DNA of 64,000 bases from the NCBI GenBank assembly GCA_013239625.1, contig MU054220.1:1417509-1481508 (forward strand). The letters run 5' to 3'. Below the pieces are notes generated by a model that worked only from the letters and a program-made list of their open reading frames with translations, made no database searches and was not told the origin of the DNA. Each line of letters opens with the position of its first letter. The stretch's first letter is position 1. Source of the stretch: Lama guanicoe (lineage: Eukaryota). The position numbers and the translations under genes were made by a program. Positions 51,801 through 62,199 of this stretch are shown here, piece by piece.

Positions 51801-54800
51801 GGTGAGGGTAGGTGATAGTACGGCTGAGACTGCTTTCTCTAAGCTAGTGTTCTGTTCTATCTGGGATTGTAGTGTCTAAACACCAGAAGTAACATTTTGG
51901 ATGTTTTAGGGCGTTTTGTGAGAGGTTTTTTTTGGGTAGGGGGGTGGTAAAATACACATAACAAACCTTACTATCTTAATCATTTTTAAGTATTTAGTAA
52001 AGTACCTTCACACTATTGTGTAAACAATCTCCAGAACCGTTTTCATCTTGCAAAATGGAAACTTTCTGCTCCTTAAACTTCCCATTCCCTCCTCCCACCA
52101 ACCCCTAGCCACCACCGTTTTATTCTTTCTATAAATTTGGTTACCAGAATCATACAGTATTTGTCTTTTTGTGACTTGCTTATTTCACATAGCATAATGT
52201 CTTTAAGGTTCATCCATGTTGTAGCATGTGTCAGAATTTCCTTCAAGACTGAATAAATATTCAATTGTATGTATATGCCACATTTTGTCTACTCATAAGT
52301 GGACACTTAGATTGCTTCCATCTTTTGGCAGTTGTGAATATTACTACCATGAACAGGCGTGTACAAATACCCTTTTTTTGAAATTCTAATGTCTGTTACT
52401 GCCTCATAGCTGGCACAGTGATGTTCGAGTACGGAATGCGTCTTGGCAGAGAGGTGCGAACTCTCCGGGGACTTGAGAAGCAAGGCAACTGTTACCTGGC
52501 TGCTATTAATTGTTTACGACTTATTCGTCCAGAATATGCATGGATTGTGCAGCCAGCATCCGGTGCAGTGGTATGAAAACTTCTTATCCTGGAATTTGGG
52601 GATCATTGAATTTATTTGGTTTGGTCCTTTCAAAACTGTTACCTCATTTTGTTTTATTTTATTTAAAATTTACACTGGAATATTTGTAAACTTAATTTTT
52701 GCAGCAATTCATTTGTTACACATTACTACCCCTTAAGTTCCCAAGTTCAGAATTATGGTAGGAATACGTATTGCACAGTGGTTTTGGAGTTAGACAACCT
52801 GATTAACTTCAGGCAGATTACTTAATCTTTTTTTTCGTTTTTCAGCTTTATTAGGTAGTTATTAGTTTGACTGCACATATACATTATATTGCATGTAAAT
52901 ACATACATACAATATACTGCACATATTTTTTTCAGTTTATATATATGTACTGATCATTGTTTCTAAAACATTTTAGAGCTTTAGCTTTTTAAACTTACAT
53001 AGTTATCGAAGGAATAAAGCCAACCACAAAATAGGAATCAACAGAATGTGTAGATTACTTAATCTTTTACTGTCCAGTTATCCTCTTGCATAAAATAGGT
53101 TTGATGATAATGTCTACTTTATAGGATTGTTTAGCTATTAATTGAGATAATTCATGTAGATTGCTTAAACAGTGACAGTGCCTGACCTGCAAAAAGTGCT
53201 CAGTAAATGGTAGCTGCTTTATTTCGTTCATTTTTGTTCATTTAATCTACAGTTAGTATTTTTAAAGGAGGGGAGCCTTGAGCTTTTCCTGTCTGCTCAT
53301 GGGGTCATATACTCCCAGCTAACTTGTAGAGTTCCTGCACATACTATGCTGTTTCCCAGGGTTATGGGTAGAGAATATAAATCTGGAACCTAGGAAAGTC
53401 AGATGGTTTATATGGAGATCAAATCCATGTCCTTGGACAGTAACGTGTTTTAGCTAAGTGTGCCAACTTGGCAAACAACTCCCATTTCTTTGTCTGGTAG
53501 CTTCAGTATCTAAGAAGAGCTGTGTAGTTGAAGTAAACATAATTTTTGTTGAGAGAATTTAAGCATGAAAGCTCTGGATCATAGTTAATGATATGAAATT
53601 TTCACAATTTTTCACAATTAAATCACTTGTTTTGTCTTTTCAGTATGATCGCCCTGGAGCATCCCCTAAGAGGAATCATGATGGAGAATGCACAGCTGCC
53701 CCAAGTGAGTCAGGGGTCTCACTGATTCTTTGCTGAACAGTAATTATATTGTTATGGTAGTGTTATGTATATTTATACTGTAGTATATTGTATTATGTAT
53801 AGTAGTTATAAAAATATTGTTAAGTTCCTTCTTGTTAATTTATTTTTAGTTTTCTGCTAAAGGTTGTCTGGCAGCCCTCTGAAAGCTTTCTATGCCTGTA
53901 TGAAAAATGAGAATGCTTAAAAAAAGTGTGTGTGTGTTTTGTTGTGTTTAAATCACTTAGTATCAAACATTTGTTTTATCAGGCTCCTTTGGTATCACCA
54001 TGGAGGCCTGGGCTGTAGAGTTGGACACACCTGGCTTTAATTTTGCCTCTCACTTTGGGCCTATTCCTTTCTTATTCATAAAAATAACAGCATTTTGCAA
54101 CTGTAATTAAGGAATAAATTGTAATTACGTAATTGTAATTCAATTGAATTAAGTGAAATTATACCTGAAATGCCTCACAGGTGCCTCCTCATCGGCAGCT
54201 GTCGATACCAGAGCACGTTGATCTGACTCAGCTGTAGCTGGAAGCAGGGCTGCTGCTTTTTTTAAGTTAGCTTGTCTTGAGCCCCTTGTTTTCTCCCCAT
54301 CTTCATGCCTTTGTCATGAAATTAAACTGGATGTTACTTAATGTTTAGTGGAAATTGACAGGTTGAGTTTGTCTAACAGGCACTTCCTTTGTTCTTTGGG
54401 ATTTGGAAATGTTTTTCTTTGGCTTACAGCAAACAGACAGATTGAAATCCTGGAACTGGAAGATCTGGAGAAGGAGTGTTCCTTGGCCCGCACTCGCCTC
54501 ACTCTAGCACAGCACGACCCCTCAGCAGTCGCGGTGGCAGGTTGGCGTGCAGCAGTCTGTCAGCACCAACACAAGTTGTAGGGCAGGGCATGGGCAGAGT
54601 GTGCTAGACAGGGGTAAAGCACGTGGTTGTTATTCTGAGACAGTCATCAACAAGTCTTTGGGTTCGGTTTATTTGCACGTACCGTTGGTTGCACTAAAGA
54701 TAGCTCTTTTCCATTTCCACAGGAAGTTCATCAGCAGAGGAGATGGTCACTCTCTTGGTTCAGGCTGGCCTTTTTGACACCGCCATATCACTCTGTCAGA

Positions 54801-57800
54801 CTTTTAAGCTTCCCTTAACGCCAGTCTTTGAGGGACTTGCTTTCAAGTATGTATGAAATTGTCTTTTTATAGTCCTAATTTTTTAATGCAAAAATACTAT
54901 ACTGCTGCTTAGTGTGAAGCAGTGGGCCCATGAGCCAAGTTTAAAGAAGTGGTTTTTCTGTAGTCCACACAATGGCTTTTTCTTTGTAGTTGACTGGGTT
55001 TTTTTTTTTTTTTAATTTTAATTTATAGCTTCTTTTGAGAAATCAGATCTAGCATTCCCAAGCCCATATGCCCCACACGGCAGTTAAATAGTGGTGTCCA
55101 TTTAGACAAGCCATATGTTCTCTTCAATCCTTGGGGACATCTATTGGCCCCTGTAAACACTTAAAAAATACTTATTAAAGTTACATTGTATCTAAATAGT
55201 CAAGTAGTTTGTGAGTTGGAAACATTTTTTTAAACTTTTAGAATTTTTCATCAGTTTTCTCTTGGAAATAAATTATCTCTTAACACTTATTAATGGCCTT
55301 GTGCGTCATCTAGTTAGTTGTGTAGCTGTGAGGAGAGGGAAGGGCCAGTACCCCAGTAGTAAATTCAGCAATAAACTAGAGTTAGTGTTGTCATCATATT
55401 TCCATTTTTATTAATAAAATGATGAGGTGCTTGTCGGCAGATTAGCTTACTGCGTTTGGAACCATTTTTGTTGCAGATGCATCAAACTGCAATTTGGAGG
55501 AGAGGCAGCACAAGCAGAAGCCTGGGCCTGGCTGGCAGCCAATCAGCTCTCGTCAGTCATCACAACTAAGGAGTCAAGGTTCAGCCTCAGTCTTCATCTG
55601 ACCCTGGGAGGGCTTACCCTCCCTATACTTCCCCCGTGCACTCAATGAGCTGAATGTACTTCAGTGTCTTCAGAATACTTCTTCAATATCCCTAACCCTT
55701 AGCAAATCTCCCTTCTTTGAATTGCATTTGCAATTTGTATTATGCAGATTTGCACTTTAGAATTATAGCATTTTACAATTTTGAAGTCCTCTGACATTAT
55801 TTTTCAACCCCTAACTTAACACACCAGAATTACTATTAAAATACAGATTAGAAGACATCACCCTAGTCTTCTAAATCAGGACTTCGGCGTGATTCTAATG
55901 ATTGATCAGGTTTGGAAACAGTGATCTGAGCCAATTTCCTTGTTTTAGAAATCTGGAACAAAGATATTAAGTGAATTGTATATTTCGATCCATATGTTGT
56001 TATTGGGAGAGAATTATACAAGAATCCAAGTCATCTAGTTTCTAGAACCACCCTAAGTCATACTGGCCCTAAGATGTTAGTTGTCATTTAGCTGTATTAT
56101 CAATTCAGTTGTGAGCTTCCAAAGATTCTTCCATTATAAATACATGCTTTGAATGGAACTATAATTACCTATTAAGAATCTGGAACTCATCAGTCCTTTC
56201 TGCTTTTATCAAGTGCTACAGATGAAGCATGGCGACTATTATCAACTTACCTGGAAAGATACAAAGTCCAGAATAACCTGTATCACCACTGTGTAATCAA
56301 CAAGCTCTTGTCTCATGGAGTGCCTCTGCCTAACTGGCTTATAAACAGTTACAAGGTGAGTGGTATCTTAACTGTAGAGAGTAAGAACCTGATGTTTATC
56401 ATCCTGAAAAACTTCATAAGATGATTAAAAAGAAAGAGCGATAATTTATGGAAATATACTGACTTTTTTTTTAAAGTAGAGTCAGTTTACAGTACATCAG
56501 TTTCTGGTGTACAGCATAATGTTTCAGTCAAATACATACATATTCATTTTCATATTCTTTTGTGGGGGGGTTGGGGGGAGGTAATTAGGTTTATTTATTT
56601 ATTTAATGGAGGGACTGGGGATTGAACCCAGGACCTCAGGCATGCTAAGCATGCACTTTACCACTGAGCTATACCCTCCCCACCCCAACTTACATACTTA
56701 CAATTTCTCAGTCTTAATTAAAAACTCTAAGAACTGTTTACTTCAATCCTGATGAAGTGTACTGGGTGTTTAAACTTAACATTCTACAGACTAGTGATTA
56801 AGTTAATGCATGCTTGTGTGCTCACTGAACGATGAGTATGTATTTAGAACAATGAGTGTGTAGTTAGAATAATGAGTATATGCATAACACAGCATTTACT
56901 ATTCATTACTCAAAAATTCACAAGCGTGGGTGGAGTAGTTTTCAAATACTACAACAGTGTTTCTTTCGGTTTTTGTAAAAAATTGGGTTCTTGGGCCACC
57001 TACATCAGAATTATTTGGATGGTGGGCTTCTTCAAAATATAGATTCCTGGGCTCCATCCCAGACTTACAGAATCAAATCTGGAGTTAGGATCCAGGATCT
57101 ATATTTTAACAAGGTCCTAATTTGATTTGATGCACAGCTAAGTTGGAGAACTACTGTATTTGAAATACATTTGATACAACAGAAAAAGAATATGAGCTGA
57201 AAATCAAGAAAGTTGATTTTTTTAAGTTAGAAAGTAGAGAAGGCAACTAAGATGGTAAAGGTTAAGATTGTGATCAAATCGGATAGAGATAGAAATAAAT
57301 TAATTCTAAATAAGTAAATAAATAAAATTTTTAAAAAATCAGATAGAGAAAGCATAGTTGACATCATTAGGAAAGCCCTTCCAAACTGAGGTTGTATTCA
57401 CTTTTCTCTCACTCTCAGTTAAATACAAATATAATTCAAGCATTTAAAGTTGGTGGTTCTTTTAACTTCTTTTACCTTTGTCATTCATCTATTTCTGAGA
57501 ATTAATGTGACTATATTATCTCTTTGGTAGTCAGCATTTCTGGGAAGGTTTTCTTGACTTTTACAACTATGGAAACTGAAATAGAAAAGAATTGAAATGT
57601 GTCTTAGACCACAGAAAAGTGGAGGAAGGCCACTTAACAGAAAGGGCCTCACAAGATGCTCAGAGGTAACCGAGCTCTTAGGAATTCACCCCTCATCCCA
57701 AGATAAGTAAACAATAGTGCTCGATTTATTTATAATGGAAAGTATAAATGCCAGGGAATCAGACACTCAACATCCTTTGGTCAGTGCCCATGTAAGATGG

Positions 57801-59674
57801 AAATAGGTAAATGTTCTAAATCACTGACTTTTTACAGATGGTTGATGCCGCTGAGTTGCTCCGTCTCTACTTAAACTATGACCTTTTAGAAGAAGCTGTG
57901 GATTTGGTTTCAGAATATGTGGATGCTGTATTGGGAAAAGGACATCAGTACTTTGGAATTGAGGTAGGCTTGTGTACACATTTATTTTTAATTCTGTATT
58001 ATCACACTAAGTAAAAGTAGGATCTGGAAGTAAATTGAACTATAGAATAGTGGGTTTAACCTCCACTGTTTGTAGTTATACAACTAGTTTTCTCCAAGAG
58101 CAGGAACTGGCATTCTAGGAGTCTCCAGTTTCCTGTTTATAAAAGGGAAGTAGCTTTCATTTTTCTCCATCAAGGGAATGTGGATGAGGTTATATCTGAA
58201 GGAGTGAGATAAATAAGAACAAAATGGCATTATCTGTGTGCCAAAGACTGTGCTAATTCTCTACCAGTGTTTTCTCATTTAATCCTTACAGTAGCCTATG
58301 AGGGACTGTTTTAATCCTTTTTTTTTTTTTAACCCAGTGAGAAAACAGGCTCAGAGGTTAAATTACCAAAACTCACACAGATGGTTAATAGAAAAGCCAG
58401 GTCTAAAATCCAGGTCTAGTTAACTACAGACCCAAGTTCTTAAACTCTCAAGAAAGTATTCAGAACTTCAGAAGCTGAATTTTCCTTTTCCAAAGTTTTT
58501 TTCCAGATAATTTGAATATAAATTTTAGACTGGAAATAGTATCATTCATTGACAATTTAGGGAAGAGTTTTGTTGACTGTTTTTATCCTTAATAGGCCTT
58601 AAGGCTCCTTTAAGATAAAAGATGACATAGATTTCTTTTTCTTTTTTAAATTTCGGTGGAGAGGGTAATTAGGGTTTTTTTTTGTTTTAATGATTTATTT
58701 TTTTAAATGGAGGTACTGGGGATTGAAGCCAGGACCTTGTGCATGCTAAGCATGCGCTCTGCCACTGAGCTACACCCTCCCCCAAGAAGACATGAATTTA
58801 AAAATACATTTGATTTAACTAAGAAAAGGACACGTTCCCCAGTTGAAAAGGCATGGGGGGAGGGTTCCAGTTGCGTACCTGTGTGCACACGTGCATGTAC
58901 ACATACACATGTAATCTCCTGCTATGAAAAAAAAAGTAAAGCATTTCATGTTGTCGAGGCCTGTGAGAGTAACTACCTAGAAATGGTCCACTTTTCAGAT
59001 TTTCTTCAAATAATAGATATTTTTCCTTTCAGTTTCCACTGTCTGCAACAGCTCCAATGGTGTGGCTCCCATACTCTTCCATTGATCAGCTTCTCCAGGC
59101 TCTGGGAGAGAACAGTGCCAACAGTCACAACATTGCAGTGAGTAGAGTCTTTCCTGAGCCCTTGCACTAGCAGTTACACCTACGGCTTGCTCTTCTGGTT
59201 CTCGAGGATCAAGGGGAGGGCAGAAGCCATTTATTGCCTTTCACATGCTGCCCAACCCCTTTAGGAAAGGATTAGTTAGATCAGATAGAACCTTTCTGGT
59301 TCTGGGAAGAGAGCTAGTAAAGCTTTTATTAAAAATACTGGTGTGATTTGCATATTTAGAAAATTCATTAGGAAAACAGGGTAGGAGTATTGCATACAAC
59401 AGCAAAGTCCCGTTTTATCAGTGGAGTCACAGCAGACTCCTGTACTGAATGGGGATTAAATGAAGCACAGTGGCTAACAGCTTTATTAGGGGAAATCTAG
59501 TTGGTAAAGTCAAAGTGATTGATAACTGTAGTCTTTTCCAGTCCTTGACCTATTCTCTAATGATTCCCTTCTACTCTCTTACAGCTATCCCAGAAAATAC
59601 TTGACAAATTAGAGGACTACCAGCAAAAAGTTGATAAGGCAACACGGGATTTATTGTATCGTCGGAACTTGTGA
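21769..59674 (+). CDS. NUP160: Nuclear pore complex protein Nup160 (Y-complex), complete spliced CDS, 36 exons, 1402 aa
   Basis: Manual splicing at GT..AG junctions gives an uninterrupted 4209-nt frame [16 protein letters not shown]...[13 protein letters not shown], recognisable throughout as mammalian NUP160; followed by FNBP4 as in the human locus. Confidence 0.98.
22127..22238 (+). CDS. NUP160: NUP160 exon 2
   Basis: ttgcag acceptor; [37 protein letters not shown]; donor gtaagt. Confidence 0.95.
22500..25100 (-). mobile_element. Degenerate L2 LINE fragments, with a probable LTR-like insert at ~23184-23634
   Basis: L2-typical purine-rich motifs (gagttctgttttggaca, tactctgagtgagatgggag); boundaries approximate. 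Confidence 0.55.
25609..25819 (+). CDS. NUP160: NUP160 exon 3
   Basis: taatag acceptor; [21 protein letters not shown]...HPSRMYRS; donor gtaagt. Confidence 0.96.
26133..26355 (+). CDS. NUP160: NUP160 exon 4
   Basis: [17 protein letters not shown]...KLPPYDIP; donor gtaaga. Confidence 0.96.
26710..27350 (+). mobile_element. L2 LINE 3' fragment
   Basis: gaatgtaagctctatgaggacagg...cctagaactgtacctggcaca L2 3'-end motif. Confidence 0.65.
27613..27691 (+). CDS. NUP160: NUP160 exon 5
   Basis: [25 protein letters not shown]; donor gtgggt. Confidence 0.95.
28221..28335 (+). CDS. NUP160: NUP160 exon 6
   Basis: [38 protein letters not shown]; donor gtaaat. Confidence 0.96.
28756..29029 (-). mobile_element. 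Two tandem Vic-1-type SINEs (28756-28882, 28883-29029)
   Basis: Both reverse copies; outer TSD atgtacattcttt (28743-28755, 29036-29048). Confidence 0.9.
29117..29275 (+). CDS. NUP160: NUP160 exon 7
   Basis: [22 protein letters not shown]...YMHAPKRGQ; donor gtatga. Confidence 0.96.
29826..30803 (+). mobile_element. MER21C-like LTR with internal degenerate tandem repeats
   Basis: Repeated ccctcctcaccc...tgggctctga units, then MER21-like sequence similar to 18964-19742. Confidence 0.65.
30805..31450 (-). mobile_element. Old L1 ORF2/3' fragment
   Basis: ttgaggaagttcctctctattcctagtttg and related L1M motifs. Confidence 0.75.
32230..32975 (+). mobile_element. L1MB-like 3' end
   Basis: gttggcaaggatgtggagacattggaacc...catggatgaaccttgagg...aatagttaagatggtaaat. 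Confidence 0.8.
33065..33142 (+). CDS. NUP160: NUP160 exon 8
   Basis: [26 protein letters not shown]; donor gtaggt. Confidence 0.96.
33422..33519 (+). CDS. NUP160: NUP160 exon 9
   Basis: [32 protein letters not shown]; donor gtacgg. Confidence 0.95.
34248..34628. mobile_element. Tigger-family MITE (MER8-like) with SINE insertion
   Basis: TA|CAGTTGACCCTT ... AAGGCAACTG|TA terminal inverted repeats with TA duplication. Confidence 0.8.
34402..34558 (+). mobile_element. Vic-1-type SINE (sense orientation in intron 9)
   Basis: Perfect 19-bp TSD taagttatacatggatttt (34381-34399, 34559-34577). Confidence 0.92.
35227..35311 (+). CDS. NUP160: NUP160 exon 10
   Basis: [28 protein letters not shown]; donor gtaagc. 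Confidence 0.96.
36636..36850 (+). mobile_element. 5'-truncated lineage-specific L1
   Basis: L1 3' UTR ending gactatacttcaataaa + A tail; perfect 16-bp TSD taagattggcatttga. Confidence 0.88.
37138..37206 (+). CDS. NUP160: NUP160 exon 11
   Basis: [23 protein letters not shown]; donor gtcagt. Confidence 0.95.
38687..38770 (+). CDS. NUP160: NUP160 exon 12
   Basis: [28 protein letters not shown]; donor gtgagg. Confidence 0.96.
39058..39228 (+). CDS. NUP160: NUP160 exon 13
   Basis: [23 protein letters not shown]...NMVCLLKK; donor gtaagg. Confidence 0.96.
39974..40073 (+). CDS. NUP160: NUP160 exon 14
   Basis: [33 protein letters not shown]; donor gtaata. Confidence 0.96.
40349..40514 (+). CDS. 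NUP160: NUP160 exon 15
   Basis: [20 protein letters not shown]...[11 protein letters not shown]; donor gtaagg. Confidence 0.96.
40974..41101 (+). CDS. NUP160: NUP160 exon 16
   Basis: [42 protein letters not shown]; donor gtaaat. Confidence 0.96.
41187..41347 (+). CDS. NUP160: NUP160 exon 17
   Basis: [15 protein letters not shown]...[11 protein letters not shown]; donor gtaagt. Confidence 0.96.
43106..43239 (+). CDS. NUP160: NUP160 exon 18
   Basis: [44 protein letters not shown]; donor gtgagt. Confidence 0.96.
43261..43396 (-). mobile_element. Vic-1-type SINE just downstream of exon 18
   Basis: Reverse copy with small internal deletion; flanks gttctattt/gttctaatt. Confidence 0.85.
44046..44116 (+). 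CDS. NUP160: NUP160 exon 19
   Basis: [23 protein letters not shown]; donor gtaagg. Confidence 0.96.
44797..44956 (+). CDS. NUP160: NUP160 exon 20
   Basis: [18 protein letters not shown]...ITSYLLQL; ends at U12-type donor gtatcctttt. Confidence 0.95.
44957..45573 (+). other. NUP160: U12-type (minor spliceosome) GT-AG intron 20 of NUP160
   Basis: 5' site GTATCCTTT (44957-44965); branch site TTCCTTAAT (45555-45563) about 10 nt before AG (45572-45573); no polypyrimidine tract. Confidence 0.93.
45574..45643 (+). CDS. NUP160: NUP160 exon 21
   Basis: [23 protein letters not shown]; donor gtaagt. Confidence 0.95.
46238..46336 (+). CDS. NUP160: NUP160 exon 22
   Basis: [33 protein letters not shown]; donor gtaacc. 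Confidence 0.96.
47070..47189 (+). CDS. NUP160: NUP160 exon 23
   Basis: [40 protein letters not shown]; donor gtgaac. Confidence 0.96.
49713..49808 (+). CDS. NUP160: NUP160 exon 24
   Basis: [32 protein letters not shown]; donor gtaaga. Confidence 0.96.
49910..50004 (+). CDS. NUP160: NUP160 exon 25
   Basis: [31 protein letters not shown]; donor gtagtc. Confidence 0.96.
50102..50198 (+). CDS. NUP160: NUP160 exon 26
   Basis: [32 protein letters not shown]; donor gtaatt. Confidence 0.96.
50292..50397 (+). CDS. NUP160: NUP160 exon 27
   Basis: [35 protein letters not shown]; donor gtgagc. Confidence 0.96.
51930..52378 (-). mobile_element. L1MB-like 3' fragment
   Basis: aggttcatccatgttgtagcatgtgtcagaatttccttc; ORF track shows L1 ORF2 C-terminal-like HATTWMNL. 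Confidence 0.82.
52410..52570 (+). CDS. NUP160: NUP160 exon 28
   Basis: [28 protein letters not shown]...[10 protein letters not shown]; donor gtatga. Confidence 0.96.
52832..53051 (-). pseudogene. Retroposed 3'-end fragment (poly(A)-tailed insertion) in intron 28
   Basis: 17-bp perfect TSD agattacttaatctttt; T-tract and TTTATT at the left end; interrupts a MIR. Confidence 0.7.
53644..53704 (+). CDS. NUP160: NUP160 exon 29
   Basis: [20 protein letters not shown]; donor gtgagt. Confidence 0.95.
54430..54540 (+). CDS. NUP160: NUP160 exon 30
   Basis: [36 protein letters not shown]; donor gttggc. Confidence 0.94.
54723..54846 (+). CDS. NUP160: NUP160 exon 31
   Basis: [40 protein letters not shown]; donor gtatgt. 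Confidence 0.95.
55477..55578 (+). CDS. NUP160: NUP160 exon 32
   Basis: [33 protein letters not shown]; donor gttcag (weak). Confidence 0.93.
56214..56355 (+). CDS. NUP160: NUP160 exon 33
   Basis: [50 protein letters not shown] acceptor; donor gtgagt. Confidence 0.95.
56558..56681 (-). mobile_element. Vic-1-type SINE next to an antisense L1 tail (~56464-56557)
   Basis: Reverse copy of the SINE consensus. Confidence 0.87.
57838..57963 (+). CDS. NUP160: NUP160 exon 34
   Basis: [42 protein letters not shown]; donor gtaggc. Confidence 0.96.
58635..58783 (-). mobile_element. Vic-1-type SINE
   Basis: Reverse copy; imperfect TSD gacatagattt/gacatgaattt. Confidence 0.87.
59033..59137 (+). CDS. 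NUP160: NUP160 exon 35
   Basis: [35 protein letters not shown]; donor gtgagt. Confidence 0.96.
59585..59674 (+). CDS. NUP160: NUP160 exon 36 (coding part, stop TGA 59672-59674)
   Basis: [29 protein letters not shown]. Confidence 0.96.
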   Translation, partial: LSQKILDKLEDYQQKVDKATRDLLYRRNL

Positions 59675-60204
59675 TCTGGATGATTGCCCAGCCTTTGTAA
59701 CCGCTAGGTGCCTCTTAGGGCTTAAGACTTTACACTACAGGAAACCTGTACTCCAGGCAGATTTTTATACCTATAAATGATGCATCCAACATTCAAGTCT
59801 GTATTCTGCACAAGAGAGGAGGGCAGATGAGTCACAGGACCTGTGCTTGCTGGTGGTGCTAACTCACAATTTCTGGTTTTCAGCCTTGGTCTCAAACAGC
59901 TGCTTTTGTATATGATCCACAAGCTTTTTTAGAGTTTATATTTTTTTAAACTACCGAAGACATTCTTTATCTGCAAATTAAAACCCACTTTCACTTTCCA
60001 AAATAGCTGACGGTTGTTGGTTTGTTGTAAGCTGACCACCAAAAGCAATCACTGCAAATCCTTTCATTCTTCCCTGTCACTTTTTGTATTTCAATGGAAT
60101 TATTTTGGTCCAGAACTGACATGTATTTTCTGTATTGCAAACAGAGGCTAATGATTTTGTGTATTCTTTTCATTATTTATTGTGGAGTTTTTTTAATGAT
60201 ATTC

Positions 60205-60210
60205 AATAAA
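60205..60210 (+). terminator. NUP160: Probable NUP160 polyadenylation signal AATAAA
   Basis: First AATAAA after the stop, preceded by U-rich/UGUA sequence; ATTAAA variant at 59977-59982. Confidence 0.65.
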
Positions 60211-62199
60211 GTATTAAATAATTTGCCTAGATTAAGCCTAACATGATGTCCAGCTGTTAAGGAAGATATCTTATCTTGAATCTGGTTTCTGAGGCGAAAG
60301 TGGAATAAGCTCTTAGCTAAGAAAAAATTGAAATGTTATCATCTATAAAAGTAACAGATTTTTAAAGTAAATTCCATTAACCTCGATGATTTACGATAAT
60401 CAAGCCAGACTCGATCATACAGGTAGTCTAATGATGTATTGGACCAAAATATAAACTTTCCTGATCAGATTCAAAGGCATCGATGGCTGCAAACTTGGGG
60501 GAAATGAAAAGATAAACTTTTGAATTTTATTCTGTATATTAAAATTTATCTTTTAAGGAAATGATCTGTATAATACTTGCTTGTATCCCCTTTGAACTTT
60601 TTTGAGTTTTTCATAAGCATTTAATTTTGATGCTATCAATACCATATTTACATTATATATTTTACAAAACAATGTGTTTCCCTGTGGTACTTGTATTGGT
60701 AGGTAATTGAGGTATATGGTTCTTTTTTCATTTTAGTTCTGCCCTGATTAATGTCAAGTGTTTGATGCGATTAGCAAAAAGGGACTGCAGAGCCCTTGCC
60801 CTCTCTCATCCATAAACTTACGGCTTCCAACTGTAGCTAGATAACACATTTTGACCTGTATACACATATATAACCAAGAGAACGCTTTGACGAAATGCGC
60901 ATCCTCACTTACTGTCTTGTCATGAGTGACCAATGGATCATAACCTACAGTCTGAAAAATATCAAACCTTGTTGTAGCCATTTCTGGAGGACGGGAAGTG
61001 GTTCAAGACTGGCCCTGTTCCAGAAACCTGTTCATTTGCACTGCTGATCAAAGCAGTGGTTTCCATGGTGGCAGTTCTTGAGACACTGACCAGCTTTTCC
61101 TGTCCTGGCTGTGTTGGTTCAAAACCTTGAACCTATGCTGGAGCCAACTCTCGGGTCCATTTTCTTCCACCTTCTTCACTTTGATTTCCCACCAGAGCAG
61201 AAGGTACCAGTTTCACTTCACTTTTCTCACCACTTTGGGTCTGCATTTTTGTTTTCTGGACCATGTGGTATTTTTATAGTCCATAATAGCATCATCTTTC
61301 CTTGTTTTTCCCAATTTTGGCAATTTTCTGATTACAAATTGTTATTAAAAGAGCTCCCTTCTTTTTTAGTAGTTAACTACCATTAAATAAAGGTGTGACG
61401 CTTGGAGGGAAACTTCATAATTCTTAAATAATTTGACAAAATGTAACTGATAAGATCCTTACCTTACCAGCCTGTGATAGAAGTATCATTTCTGTTAACA
61501 TAATTTATGGCACTAAGAGTCTCATATTGACTGTTGTTACCAAGTTTATCACTGATTCTTGTGATCTTGTAAGAAAGTTAATTTGTTCTACAAAGCCTTC
61601 TATCAGTGAACACAGTCTTGGTAGCAAAATTAACCTAATTTACCTCAACCTGATACTTTTTTTTCCTACCAGAACATAGTACCTATTAACAGAAAGTTCT
61701 GTTTCTTTTTAATCTTCACAGCTCTTTCCCATTTTGTACCCTAAGACAAAAAATCCTATACTTTTTTTTTAATCAGTAGGTCAAGCACTGGGGTGGGGCT
61801 CAGCATTGAGATAAAAGGCTTAGAGATGTAATGCCTGCACTGGGTCTTGAGAAAGTAAGACAATTTTGCCTTGTGTAGTTATTCCAGCTACTGTGAAGGA
61901 TTAAGGTGAGAGAAATGCTCCGAGTGACGGGTCCAGAACGGGACAGGGGCGAGGCAAGTACTAAACGAAGAAATATCTAATAAAGCAGGTACCGTGAGCC
62001 AGACTGGGAAGTCTCCTATATCCCATCGCAACAATTCAGGATCTTCCCTCGTATGTAGTACGTCTAGTGCTTTTTTTCTAGCTGATAAAAACAACACAAT
62101 ACGTCATCGTTGTGCTCTAAGAAAAAATTTGCAAAACCTTAAAAGACTCAATATTCTACTTAACATTCAATGTTACACCCAAAGTGAGCCACAATAATC

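Noticed and set aside
54123..54150. Adjacent palindromes AATTACGTAATT and AATTCAATTGAATT
   Set aside because: AT-rich low-complexity sequence within a MIR-like remnant; no supporting context
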